Part shown: piece by piece, positions 30,046 through 40,249 of the stretch | Numbering within the stretch: position 1 is the stretch's first letter | Layout of the letters: every line of letters begins with the position of its first letter | Source: a bacterium | Lineage (GTDB): Bacteria; Zhuqueibacterota; Zhuqueibacteria; Residuimicrobiales; Krinioviventaceae | Reading direction: 5' to 3' | DNA length: 64,000 nucleotides | NCBI GenBank assembly: GCA_963674595.2 | Contig: CAXXFV010000022.1 | Coordinates: 1-64,000, forward strand | Program-made: the position numbers and the translations under genes | The notes under the pieces: model-generated | Seen by the model: the letters and a program-made list of their open reading frames with translations, nothing else | Databases searched by the model: none | What the model was told of the DNA's origin: nothing

Positions 30046-31218
30046 GTGATAGCATTAAAATTGGCATATCGAAATCTTGTCGGGGCCGGCTTGCGGACCT
30101 GGCTGAATGTTTTTGTTTTATCTATCTCTTTTGTCATAATAATATGGAACCAGGGATTAATGGAAGGATGGAACCGGCAGGCAAAACGGGAAACGATCGA
30201 TTGGGAAATCGGCGGCGGTCAGTATTGGCATGAGAAATATGATCCCTATGATCCGTTTACGATTGAGGAGAGTCATGGCGCGATTCCCTCTAAACTTGCT
30301 GCGTTTATTCAAAAAGGCGCTATAACACCTGTTTTAATTTCCCAGGCGGTTATTTATCCTGATGGACGGATTAAAAGTGTACTTTTGAAAGGAATTGACC
30401 CGCAGCAGAATATTTTAAAAATACCGGCCGCATCTTTGGATGTGGATATACCGGAAATTCCGGCTGTTATCGGTGCCCGTATGGCTAAAAGCACAAAACT
30501 GAAAGTGGGTGATTATGTTACAGTCCGATGGCGGGATGCCAACGGTACTTTTGACGCTCAGGATATTAAAATTGTCAATATTATGAAAACCGATGTACCG
30601 TCCATTGATAATGCTCAATTATGGATTCCGCTGGATCGGCTGCAAAAGATGCTGCAGTTGGGTGACGAAGCGACTCTTTTGGTGACAGCCAACAAGCTGG
30701 ATGCTCCTGAAAACGTCCCCGGATGGATTTTTCGGGATCACGGATATCTTTTTAAAGAAATAGACGAGATGATTAAATCGAAAAATGCTGCCGGCTCTAT
30801 ATTGTTTATCATTCTTTTGTTGCTGGCTATGCTGGCGATATTTGATACTCAAGTTCTTGCTATTTTTCGACGCCGGAGAGAAATAGGAACGCTCATAGCC
30901 CTGGGTATGACACGTGCCCGGGTTGTGCGAATGTTTACCATTGAGGGCGCCATGCACGGAATATTGGCGGCTATCCTTGCGGCAGTGTATGGTATTCCAT
31001 TATTAACCTTACAGGCAGTAAAAGGATTTCACCTGCCCGAAGTGGCCGATGAAATGGGATTTGCCTCTGTGCAAACAATCTTTCCTGTTTATGGTGCTGC
31101 CCTGGTTATTGGAACAACGGTTCTCATTCTGATAACCGTGACTATTGTCAGCTTTTTACCGGCGCGCCGTATCAGCAAAATGAATCCGACGGACGCGATT
31201 CGTGGCAAAACATCCTAG
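30046..31218 (+). CDS. ABC transporter permease (FtsX/LolE-like)
   Basis: Four-TM topology with large periplasmic domain; RRREIGTLIALG and A.RISKMNP.DA motifs. Confidence 0.85.
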   Translation: MIALKLAYRNLVGAGLRTWLNVFVLSISFVIIIWNQGLMEGWNRQAKRETIDWEIGGGQYWHEKYDPYDPFTIEESHGAIPSKLAAFIQKGAITPVLISQAVIYPDGRIKSVLLKGIDPQQNILKIPAASLDVDIPEIPAVIGARMAKSTKLKVGDYVTVRWRDANGTFDAQDIKIVNIMKTDVPSIDNAQLWIPLDRLQKMLQLGDEATLLVTANKLDAPENVPGWIFRDHGYLFKEIDEMIKSKNAAGSILFIILLLLAMLAIFDTQVLAIFRRRREIGTLIALGMTRARVVRMFTIEGAMHGILAAILAAVYGIPLLTLQAVKGFHLPEVADEMGFASVQTIFPVYGAALVIGTTVLILITVTIVSFLPARRISKMNPTDAIRGKTS

Positions 31219-31254
31219 TTGACGTTGTATGATTGAGTAAAATTTGAGGCATTT

Positions 31255-32529
31255 ATGATAAAATTTTTATTAAAAGGTCTGCTCAGAGACCGCTCCCGAA
31301 GTTTGTTCCCTGTAATAACAGTCACACTGGGCGTTATGTTGACCGTGTTTTTGCATTCATGGTTTGGCGGGATTATAGGAGAAATAATTCGTTCCAACGC
31401 AAACTTTTCGACCGGTCATTTAAAAGTTATGACCAAAGCATATTATGAAAATAAAGAACAAATTCCGAACGATCTCGCACTTTTAGATATTCAAAATATT
31501 ATCAAAAAACTTGAAACTGATTATCCGGATTTAAACTGGCTTCCAAGAATTTATTTTGGCGGTTTAATCGACATACCGGATGAGTTTGGAAATACACGCA
31601 GTCAGGGTCCGGTTATGGGTTTTGCCGTGGATTTGTTTTCCAGCCAGAGTAAGGAAATAGAACGGCTTAATTTGCAAAAGGCCGTTGTTCAGGGACGCCT
31701 TCCAATCGCTGCCGGTGAGATTGTCATTTCAAATACGTTGGCTGAAAAGTTAACGGTGAAACCGGGTGATCCGGCAACGCTGATGGGGTCGACAATGTAT
31801 GGCAGCATGGCGTTGCAAAATTTTACTATTGTCGGCACGGTTAAATTCGGGATCAGCGCTGTTGATCATGGGGCGGTTATCGCGGACGTTCAGGATATGC
31901 AAAAAATGCTGGATATGGATAATGCCGCCGGTGAAATTTTTGGTTATTTCCATAATGATATTTATAATAATAAAAGAGCTCAGCAAATAAAAACCAGCTT
32001 TAATAAAGTTTATCAACAATCCACTGACGAATTTTCCCCGGTCATGATTTCCCTGACAGACCAAAATGGTTTGGGCGAATATCTGCAAATGGCTTCAAGC
32101 TTTTCCGGTATACTCATTTTTATCTTTGTTCTGGCCATGTCCATTGTTTTGTGGAATGCCGGGTTGCTTGGCGGCCTGCGACGCTATGGTGAGGTTGGTG
32201 TGCGTTTGGCTATTGGTGAAAATAAAGGGCATATTTACCGTTCCCTGATTTGGGAATCAGTATTAATCGGAGTGTTTGGATCGTTATTGGGAACCGCAAT
32301 AGGAATCGGTTTTGCCTATTATGTCCAGGTACACGGCATAGATATCGGCTCTTTTTTGCAAAATTCATCCATGATGATATCCAGTGTTATTCGTACACAA
32401 ATCACTTCCCAAACTTATTTTATCGGTATTGTTCCGGGTTTGTTTTCCACAGTGTTGGGAACAATGTTGTCCGGTATTGGTATATACAAACGGGAAACCG
32501 CCCGGCTTTTTAAAGAACTTGAAGCATAA
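31255..32529 (+). CDS. ABC transporter permease (FtsX/LolE-like)
   Basis: RRYGEVGVRLAIG motif; same topology as the upstream permease. Confidence 0.85.
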   Translation: MIKFLLKGLLRDRSRSLFPVITVTLGVMLTVFLHSWFGGIIGEIIRSNANFSTGHLKVMTKAYYENKEQIPNDLALLDIQNIIKKLETDYPDLNWLPRIYFGGLIDIPDEFGNTRSQGPVMGFAVDLFSSQSKEIERLNLQKAVVQGRLPIAAGEIVISNTLAEKLTVKPGDPATLMGSTMYGSMALQNFTIVGTVKFGISAVDHGAVIADVQDMQKMLDMDNAAGEIFGYFHNDIYNNKRAQQIKTSFNKVYQQSTDEFSPVMISLTDQNGLGEYLQMASSFSGILIFIFVLAMSIVLWNAGLLGGLRRYGEVGVRLAIGENKGHIYRSLIWESVLIGVFGSLLGTAIGIGFAYYVQVHGIDIGSFLQNSSMMISSVIRTQITSQTYFIGIVPGLFSTVLGTMLSGIGIYKRETARLFKELEA

Positions 32530-32544
32530 CAAAAAGGTTTTAAC

Positions 32545-33276
32545 ATGAAAAATATATTAATCTTGCTTTGTTGTTTTTACATGTCTGCACTGGCCCAGGA
32601 GCCGTCAGGTAAAGAAATTTTAAATAAAATTGATCAAAATATGTCTTCTAAAAACCGGATTTTGACGTCAAAAATGATCGTCCATGGCCGTCGGTCCAGC
32701 CGCACCATTGAATCCAAATCCTGGATTGTGGGTGATGAAAAATCTTTTACAGAGTATCTGGCGCCGGCCCGGGAAAAAGGCACAAAAATGCTTAAAATTG
32801 AAGACCAGTTATGGATGTATTCACCTGAGACCGACCGTACCATTCAAATTTCCGGTCACATGCTGCGTCAATCTGTTATGGGGTCTGATCTTTCCTATGA
32901 AGATATGATGGAAGATAAAAAACTGATAGACTCTTATGATGCCGTTGTTGTTGGTGAAGACACCCTGCAAAATCAAAAGTGCTGGGTAATTGAATTAACC
33001 GCTGTTGAAGATGTTGCCTACCATTCCCGCAAAATGTGGATCGATAAAATACGATTTATACCTTTAAAACAGGAACTGTTTGCAAAAAGCGGAAAACTGT
33101 TAAAAAGGTTGACCTTATCTCAGATTGTTAAAGTTCAGGGCAGATGGTTCCCCAAACATATGCTTTTTAAGGACGTTTTGAAAAATGGCAAGGGTACGGA
33201 ATTTATTGTAGAGTCTGTACAATTTGATGCGAAAATACCCGATTATATTTTTTCAAAAGCTGCTTTAAAAAGATAA
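32545..33276 (+). CDS. LolA-like outer membrane lipoprotein-sorting protein
   Basis: P.REKGTKML, LWMYSP, MGSDLSYED motifs. Confidence 0.85.
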   Translation: MKNILILLCCFYMSALAQEPSGKEILNKIDQNMSSKNRILTSKMIVHGRRSSRTIESKSWIVGDEKSFTEYLAPAREKGTKMLKIEDQLWMYSPETDRTIQISGHMLRQSVMGSDLSYEDMMEDKKLIDSYDAVVVGEDTLQNQKCWVIELTAVEDVAYHSRKMWIDKIRFIPLKQELFAKSGKLLKRLTLSQIVKVQGRWFPKHMLFKDVLKNGKGTEFIVESVQFDAKIPDYIFSKAALKR

Positions 33277-33423
33277 TATATTTATAACGGTAAAATTTGT
33301 TTTTACAAAAAACATTATTACATTTAATCATTATGATGATGATCGGATGAAATTTTTGAATTGCCGGAAAAGTTATAATGTCGTACGCACCGTTATATAT
33401 ATTATTAATATGTGGAGGGAAAT

Positions 33424-34440
33424 ATGAAAGTTTTTAAAGTTATTTTTATCATTCTTCTGGTTATAGCGGCCATTATTTTATTGCTTGGATTTATAGGACC
33501 AAAGGAATACCATGTTGTTCGTTCCATTGAAATTCAGGCCCCGCAGGACCTGGTGTTTCGTCATATAAAATTTTGGAAAAACTGGCAGGCCTGGTCACCC
33601 TGGGCGGAGATGGACTCTACCATGAAGATTGAAATTGTTGGTCAGGATGGCGCTGTTGGTTCAAAATATGTCTGGATGGGTGATGAAAAGAAAACAGGTC
33701 AGGGAGAAATTGTTAATACCGGTTTGGATGAGAACAAACAAATTGATTTTCACCTGCATTTTATTAAACCCTGGGAAAGCGAATCAGACGGCTATATTCG
33801 CATCGATGAAAATAATGAAAAGGTGATGGTCTCTTGGGCGTTTTTTGGTGAAAATTCGTTTTTATTCCGTATTGTCGGTTTATTTATGAATATGGAGGAC
33901 ATGGTCGGCAAAGACCTTGACCGCGGACTGGTTTTGTTAAAAGGAGTTTGTGAACAGGAGTTTAAGCAAATTTCTTTATATCAGGTCCAAATAACCACGT
34001 TCCCGGCAAAGATATATGCGGGTGTGCAGGATACAATTACCATGAGTGAGATGAGTGATTTTTTACAAAAATCTTTTGGTCTTTTAATGCAGCAAACCGG
34101 TGAACAGGGTATTGCCGTACAAGGAGCGCCGGCAGCTCTTTATTTTAGTTGGGACGAACAAAACCAAACAACAGATGTGGCAGCCGTTGTTCCGGTATCC
34201 GTACGTTTTAAACCGAGTGAAGAAATAAAATTAATCCGATTACCGCGAGAGCAGGCTTTTTGTATTGATTATTTTGGTCCCTATGAAAAAATAGGTGACG
34301 CCTACTATGCAATGGATTATTACCTGAAAGACAACAACATTAAACCCGGAGAGTTTGTTGTTGAAGAATACCTTACAGATCCGCAACAGGAACCGGACAG
34401 TTCCAAATGGCTGACACGAATATATTTTTTTGAAGAATAA
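33424..34440 (+). CDS. SRPBCC plus GyrI-like ligand-binding protein
   Basis: N-terminal TM, W.AWSPW..D SRPBCC motif; C-terminal GPYE.I..AY and EEYLTDP. Confidence 0.8.
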   Translation: MKVFKVIFIILLVIAAIILLLGFIGPKEYHVVRSIEIQAPQDLVFRHIKFWKNWQAWSPWAEMDSTMKIEIVGQDGAVGSKYVWMGDEKKTGQGEIVNTGLDENKQIDFHLHFIKPWESESDGYIRIDENNEKVMVSWAFFGENSFLFRIVGLFMNMEDMVGKDLDRGLVLLKGVCEQEFKQISLYQVQITTFPAKIYAGVQDTITMSEMSDFLQKSFGLLMQQTGEQGIAVQGAPAALYFSWDEQNQTTDVAAVVPVSVRFKPSEEIKLIRLPREQAFCIDYFGPYEKIGDAYYAMDYYLKDNNIKPGEFVVEEYLTDPQQEPDSSKWLTRIYFFEE

Positions 34441-34455
34441 TTTTTAATCGTTTGA

Positions 34456-34489
34456 GCAGGGCAGCTTTGTTAAAAGGCTGCCCTTTTTT
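34456..34489 (+). terminator. Intrinsic terminator
   Basis: AGGGCAGC...GCTGCCCT followed by a T run. Confidence 0.75.
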
Positions 34490-34769
34490 GTATGTGTCCA
34501 ATTATTAAGGAAAGTAAAACTTTGGCTGAACCGGGGAGTATATCTTGTTTTAGAGATATAGAATTTATATGGTTGGGGAAAAATTACTTGTCATTTGCTG
34601 AAATTCCGTTAAATTAGATTGTATACGACCAAACAAAAGGGAGAAATAATGATTGAAATATTATAAAACGGTATATTTTTTAAAAGGAAGAGATATACCG
34701 TTTTTTATACAAGCTGGTTTGAATTGGGGATTATAAATATATTTTGTAAAAATATAATTTGAGGAACGG

Positions 34770-35786
34770 ATGAGGAGAAATGGTCTGGTTTTTGTAATGA
34801 TGTTGGTAGTATGTTTGTTGTTTTGTTCAGAAAATACGAATTCAGTTGATCCAAATTTTCATATTAGTATAAAAGATAAAATCCTGAACGTTCAAGATTC
34901 AACAATAGTTAAGATCAATATGTTGGAAAAAGATCAATCCAATTTCTCTGTCAACTGGTCAACTAATAATGGCGTTATCAAGGGTGAAGGAGATCAGGTA
35001 AAATATATCGCTCCAAATAAAAAGGGAAAAGCACTTATTATTGCCGAAATTATTGACAGGAATAATAAAATTTTTAAAGATTCGACAGAAATTTTAATTT
35101 ACAAACAATTGGTGTTTTTAAAAGCCGACGATGTTGTTTTTGATTCTTTAAATGTCATTTCTCCCCAATGGAGGTCATTTATAAATTTTATCAAACAAAA
35201 ACAAATTAAAGCAAGCCTGGGATTAATAGGAAATTCTCTTTTACAGGGAAGCGATGCTTATTATTCTTATTTAAAAAGCCTGGCAGCTTCCGGTAAATTT
35301 GAAATTTGGAACCATGGTTTTGATCATTTGCTCAATGGTGTGAATGAAAACAGAGAAAAAATTCACGAGTTTTGGAACACACCGTTGGAACAGCAAAGGG
35401 AGCATTTATTACATACTCAAAATTTGGCAACAGAAAAATTAGATTTAATCTTACATACCTTTGGGGCGCCTGGAAATGCAATTGACAATAATACACTAAA
35501 AGCTGTTAAAGAAATTGATGATCTTGTTGTGTGGTATTTTGGACCAAAAGAATTTTCAAAATTGAGTTTGCAACGTTTTAGAGAAATTGAATATCCGACC
35601 TGCCATCCGAATTATCAAAAGTTTTTTGAAAATTATGATCCCCAAAGAGATTACTATGTTTATCAGCTTCATCCAAATGCATGGGATGAACACGAATTTT
35701 CAGAGTTTAAAAAGGCTGTTGATTTTTTAATATCCAAGGATGTAACGTTCATTAATCCTTACGAGTATTACCAGTTAACACGATAA
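34770..35786 (+). CDS. Lipoprotein with NodB/polysaccharide deacetylase-like (DUF2334) domain
   Basis: Lipobox LLFC; LKADD, EIWNHGFDH, FGAPGN, LHP motifs. Confidence 0.7.
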   Translation: MRRNGLVFVMMLVVCLLFCSENTNSVDPNFHISIKDKILNVQDSTIVKINMLEKDQSNFSVNWSTNNGVIKGEGDQVKYIAPNKKGKALIIAEIIDRNNKIFKDSTEILIYKQLVFLKADDVVFDSLNVISPQWRSFINFIKQKQIKASLGLIGNSLLQGSDAYYSYLKSLAASGKFEIWNHGFDHLLNGVNENREKIHEFWNTPLEQQREHLLHTQNLATEKLDLILHTFGAPGNAIDNNTLKAVKEIDDLVVWYFGPKEFSKLSLQRFREIEYPTCHPNYQKFFENYDPQRDYYVYQLHPNAWDEHEFSEFKKAVDFLISKDVTFINPYEYYQLTR

Positions 35787-35885
35787 AAATATGTTCTATT
35801 GAAAATCGTTACTTGTTATTGAATGTGTTAGTTGGAAAACCAAGTTTCCTAAAAGCATATTGGTTAATATTTTGAAGAGGCGCTT

Positions 35886-37190
35886 ATGAAAGTAAAAATT
35901 TGTTTAGCATTTTTGACTTTATTTTTAACAGCATGTTCAAGAGATAAAATTGTAGATACTCCGAATAGTCTTGAACACGAAACCGGCCCGGCGACAATAA
36001 AAATTGTCACTCCGGAAAACAACGCTGTCATCAATAGTTCATCAGAATTTATTGTTACAGTGGAAAGAGGGGAACAAATAAAACCTATTCAATGTGATAT
36101 TGATTTTAAACTCTTGAAAGAATTATCTGCTGCACCTTTTAGTTTTACCTGGAATTCTAATGAATTTTGTAATGGAATACATATATTCACAATTTCTGCC
36201 TGGGATACACTTTACAATGTAACAATTCACGATTCAATAACAGTTACTATTCAAAATCCAATACAATCTTTTACAGATATTGCGACTGATGCCTTTAATA
36301 AATCCGATTATTCTGTTTTTGAATGGGAAAAGCTTCCCGTTACAGTTGATAGTGATTATTTTAGATTTGCTTTAACCAGCCAAGATCATTTGTTTTTATG
36401 CGATGGGGATGTTAAACGATCCAAAGATCATGGTCTAACATGGGAAACGATTCGTTTAAATTCCTTTGGTGAATGTCCGACCAAAACAATTTTTATTGAT
36501 CAAAATGATTCATTATTTGTTGTTCGAAACTGTTTACTTAAATCCGGTGATTATGGTAATACATGGATGTTTGAGGATTATCCTTTCTGGGCTTCAGCAT
36601 TTTTAAAAACAAATACCGGAGCTATTGTTTGGGGGGGATTTAATGAAATGTACCGTTCTACGGATTATGGCAAGAGTTATGAACAAAAATTTACGTACTA
36701 TGGAATGCCGCTGACTTGTATAAAAAATTATAAAAATATGATTTTTGCCGGAACAGAAATTGATGGCGTCATTTGTTCTCGTGATGATGGAAATACATGG
36801 GAAGCAATGAATGGAGGTATCCAGAAAGGCCAAAGTGGATATGCAGGGAAAATAAGTGATATCGAGTATAATCCGGTTACAGATGAACTGTTTGCTGCTG
36901 TTGGAAGTTTTTTATATAAATTGGATAGTAGTAATAACAGTTGGCCCCAGTTGTATAATGTTTATACTCGTATTGAAGCCTTTGCTTTTGACAGCAAAGG
37001 CAATTTATATGTTGCCGGCAACATGGCTCAGGGATTGGGCATGCTTTTTAAAAGTTTTGATAATAATACATTTCAATCAACAAATACTGTAGGCAACGAA
37101 GAGCATGCTTATATAAAAGATATTGTCATTAATTCGGCAGATCGACCGTTTATTTGTTCAAGCAGCGGAGTTTATCGCTTGAGAGATTAG
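35886..37190 (+). CDS. Lipoprotein with Ig-like domain and BNR/Asp-box beta-propeller
   Basis: Lipobox LTAC; repeats S.D.G.TW. Confidence 0.75.
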   Translation: MKVKICLAFLTLFLTACSRDKIVDTPNSLEHETGPATIKIVTPENNAVINSSSEFIVTVERGEQIKPIQCDIDFKLLKELSAAPFSFTWNSNEFCNGIHIFTISAWDTLYNVTIHDSITVTIQNPIQSFTDIATDAFNKSDYSVFEWEKLPVTVDSDYFRFALTSQDHLFLCDGDVKRSKDHGLTWETIRLNSFGECPTKTIFIDQNDSLFVVRNCLLKSGDYGNTWMFEDYPFWASAFLKTNTGAIVWGGFNEMYRSTDYGKSYEQKFTYYGMPLTCIKNYKNMIFAGTEIDGVICSRDDGNTWEAMNGGIQKGQSGYAGKISDIEYNPVTDELFAAVGSFLYKLDSSNNSWPQLYNVYTRIEAFAFDSKGNLYVAGNMAQGLGMLFKSFDNNTFQSTNTVGNEEHAYIKDIVINSADRPFICSSSGVYRLRD

Positions 37191-37279
37191 TTTTATCTTT
37201 TTTGTTGACGAATATTTTGATATTATTTTCATGTGATTTATTTAGAATCGAGAAAGCCGCTTAATTTGGGAGATGAAGG

Positions 37280-38920
37280 ATGAAATGCAGAATCGTTGTG
37301 TTTGTGGTTTTATTATGCGCTGTTGTTTTTATGGGTTGTCAGGAAAATGTTGAAGACGTGACGATTATCGGAAATATTGAAAATCCGGATTCGGCAAAGG
37401 GTGAACCAGTTGTTATTGAAATAAAATACCAAAAGCCATCTCCGGCAGGCTATACAATATTTCGGGCGGATTTGGACAAGAACAATGAATTTAACTTTTG
37501 TTTTCCATTGGACCATCCGCAGGACGTTATACTAAAAATTAATGAAAATTTTATGAAACTCTTGGTCCAGCCGGGAAAACATTTGAAAATTAAAATCGAT
37601 CTGCAAAAATATTTGATTATAACCAATCAAAATAATTATAATGGTGTTACTTTTTCCGGGCAGGGAGGACCTGTAAACCAGGTAATGGCTGATTTTGTGC
37701 CAAAAATTGATGCTATGAGACCTTCGGCACAGGAATTTAACAAGTTGTTTAGCATGTCACCTCTTGAGCGTAAAGAGGTTGGGAAGGTTCACTTGCAAGA
37801 GGAAAGAGTTTTCCTCAATAATTATCTTGAAAAGAATAAAGTACCACCGCTATTTAATGTTTGGGCTAACTATCATGTTGAATACTATTTTGTTCAGGAG
37901 TTAATGCGTTATGCAACGATACATCAACCGGTTGAGATTTTAGGGACGGATAATGCTGTTTCAGACAGTTTTTTTACATTTATAAATGATTACAAACTCG
38001 AAAATCCGGATGCGATGATGTGTCAGGAGTACGTTCATTATGTGAATAATTTTTGTCTTCATAGTTTGATTAAAAATCAGCGGCTGCCGGATACAAAGGC
38101 CATATTTGATATTATTCTGGAACAGGGGACCGAGTTAACAGCGGATGAGCGAACCCGTTTTTTAAGCTTGCGTGATGAGGACTTTGAGACAATGAATCAG
38201 GAGGATAAAACGTTTTGTTCAAAAGTTGTGGGATCACATCAAAAATTTCTCGATGACTTTTCCGCGAAAATGAACATTGAAAGAATTTTGTCCCGGCCCA
38301 ATGGTTTTGTTTTTGATGTGATGTTGGCGTCACAGTTAAATTCCTTATTAGAAATCGGCACTTCAACCAATATCATTGACAGTTATCTTGATGTTTTTAA
38401 CAGCAGAGTTGAGAACAAGGTAATTAAAGATTTTATTAATAAACAATATGACCTTAAAAAAATCAAATATTCATCCTTGCCTGAAGCAGATATTTTTAAA
38501 ACACCGGTTAATACCGGGGACAGCCTGCTCATTGATATTTTGAAAAAATACAGGGGGCAAGTCGTGTATGTTGATTTTTGGGCGACCTGGTGTGGACCAT
38601 GTATGGTTAAAATGCCCCATGCACAAAAACTTGAGCGTGAATTAAAGGATAAAGGTATCCGGTTTGTTTACATCTGTGTCGATTCACCTGAAAAAGACTA
38701 TAACCGTTTTTTAGAGAAAAATAATTTTATCGGCGACCATTATACAGCGAACCGTAATCAATATTCATACATCAGCCAACGTTTTTCCTATGCCGGAGTG
38801 CCCCAGGCTATGATTGTGAATCAAAAGGGTATTGTTGTCGATCAAACGGCCAGCGGTCCGGAAACAGGAGATTTTATTAAGAATGATCTGTTGACCGTAT
38901 TGGAAAAACAGGATTTATAA
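37280..38920 (+). CDS. TlpA-family thioredoxin-like lipoprotein
   Basis: Lipobox FMGC; YVDFWATWCGPC. Confidence 0.85.
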   Translation: MKCRIVVFVVLLCAVVFMGCQENVEDVTIIGNIENPDSAKGEPVVIEIKYQKPSPAGYTIFRADLDKNNEFNFCFPLDHPQDVILKINENFMKLLVQPGKHLKIKIDLQKYLIITNQNNYNGVTFSGQGGPVNQVMADFVPKIDAMRPSAQEFNKLFSMSPLERKEVGKVHLQEERVFLNNYLEKNKVPPLFNVWANYHVEYYFVQELMRYATIHQPVEILGTDNAVSDSFFTFINDYKLENPDAMMCQEYVHYVNNFCLHSLIKNQRLPDTKAIFDIILEQGTELTADERTRFLSLRDEDFETMNQEDKTFCSKVVGSHQKFLDDFSAKMNIERILSRPNGFVFDVMLASQLNSLLEIGTSTNIIDSYLDVFNSRVENKVIKDFINKQYDLKKIKYSSLPEADIFKTPVNTGDSLLIDILKKYRGQVVYVDFWATWCGPCMVKMPHAQKLERELKDKGIRFVYICVDSPEKDYNRFLEKNNFIGDHYTANRNQYSYISQRFSYAGVPQAMIVNQKGIVVDQTASGPETGDFIKNDLLTVLEKQDL

Positions 38921-38973
38921 ACAGATTTCCAATTATTTGATTAAAAAATAAATAATGAAAGCACGGTATTGAT

Positions 38974-39876
38974 ATGAATTTGGACCTATGCAAAAATTGC
39001 AAACATTATGAATTTGACTGGCAGAAAGGCGTGTTGTGCAGTCTAACTCACGCTAAACCTGATTTTGTTGACCAGTGTCCCGATTATGTTCTGGATGCAA
39101 ACAGACCAGAACTCACCATTAAAAAAATGAAAAAGAAAAGCCTGTTCAATTTGAAAACAGAAAGCCATGAACTGCCGGATATGGATGAATATCTTAAAAA
39201 GTGGGGCATTGGACTGAATATTTTAGGCTTCTTTTACCTGATTGTAGGAGGCGCCTCTACCAAAATTTTTGGTTTTCTTTTAATAGCTTTGGGTATATTT
39301 AATTTTATTTTTCGAAAAAAAGAAATGGTCCTTATCGATGGTTGTGTTGTTTTAGCAGTCGGATTTTTAAATGCTGTTACCGGGATTATCGGCAAAAATT
39401 ATTTTTTTGTAATTTTCGGGACTCTACAATTGATTTGGGGCTGTATGGAAGTATTCAAATTTATAAATTTTAACAAATATGAAAATCAGGGAAAAGATAT
39501 TTCCAAACCACAAATAGATTCAAATATATCCGGAACACAGTTCCAAAACCGGCATTCAAATTTGGGAATTATTTCCATTATTGCCTTTGCCATGATTTGT
39601 TTATTTCAATTTATTAACCTAATTGTCATTAGTGTGCTTACAAATGGTGCACCGCATATGTTAAAAAAATATCCCCAGGCAGCTCTTTTTGCAGGCGTGA
39701 TAACTTTTGGTTGTTATTTATTATGCTTAATAGGACTTTTTGTAGGCATTATGGGACTGAAACAAAAAGACCGTCAAAAGATATTACCTGCTTTGGGTGT
39801 TGTATTAAACTCGTTGGCTATTATTTATTTTATCCTGTTGAATATTATATCCCTGTTTTTTATAAAAGGTGCCTGA
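38974..39876 (+). CDS. Multi-pass membrane protein with Cys-rich N-terminus
   Basis: CxxC...C...C N-terminus and about seven hydrophobic segments. Confidence 0.65.
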   Translation: MNLDLCKNCKHYEFDWQKGVLCSLTHAKPDFVDQCPDYVLDANRPELTIKKMKKKSLFNLKTESHELPDMDEYLKKWGIGLNILGFFYLIVGGASTKIFGFLLIALGIFNFIFRKKEMVLIDGCVVLAVGFLNAVTGIIGKNYFFVIFGTLQLIWGCMEVFKFINFNKYENQGKDISKPQIDSNISGTQFQNRHSNLGIISIIAFAMICLFQFINLIVISVLTNGAPHMLKKYPQAALFAGVITFGCYLLCLIGLFVGIMGLKQKDRQKILPALGVVLNSLAIIYFILLNIISLFFIKGA

Positions 39877-40089
39877 TTATTTGGTTTTTGCTTGTTTTTA
39901 AAAAAATATTAAAATTTTAAATTTATTCTCTTGACAATTTTTGAAATAACTGTAAATTATTAAAACTGAAAATTAAACGGGTGATATAACGAATTCAGTT
40001 ATATAAAGGCGTATTTTGTTAAATTATACGCCTTTTTCTGTCAAGCCTGTTCAATCCGTACTATCAAAAACTAAAAAGGAAAGGTTACG

Positions 40090-40185
40090 ATGTTATACGT
40101 TCGTGTCATTTTAAACTATTGAAATAATGTTGAACGGCCGGTCGGGTCATTTTTAAATTCTAACCTCGGTACTTTCCTGCGTTGA
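40090..40185 (+). other. Candidate leader uORF with in-frame UGA and SECIS-like element
   Basis: RBS AAAGGAAAGG; MLYVRVILNY-UGA(40120)-NNVERPVGSFLNSNLGTFLR-UGA; GGTC loop 17 nt after the first UGA. Confidence 0.35.
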
Positions 40186-40249
40186 TCCTGGTAATTGACG
40201 GGTTTAACGCATAGGAATAGGTGCGAAAAACCTGTTAAGGAGGATTAAC

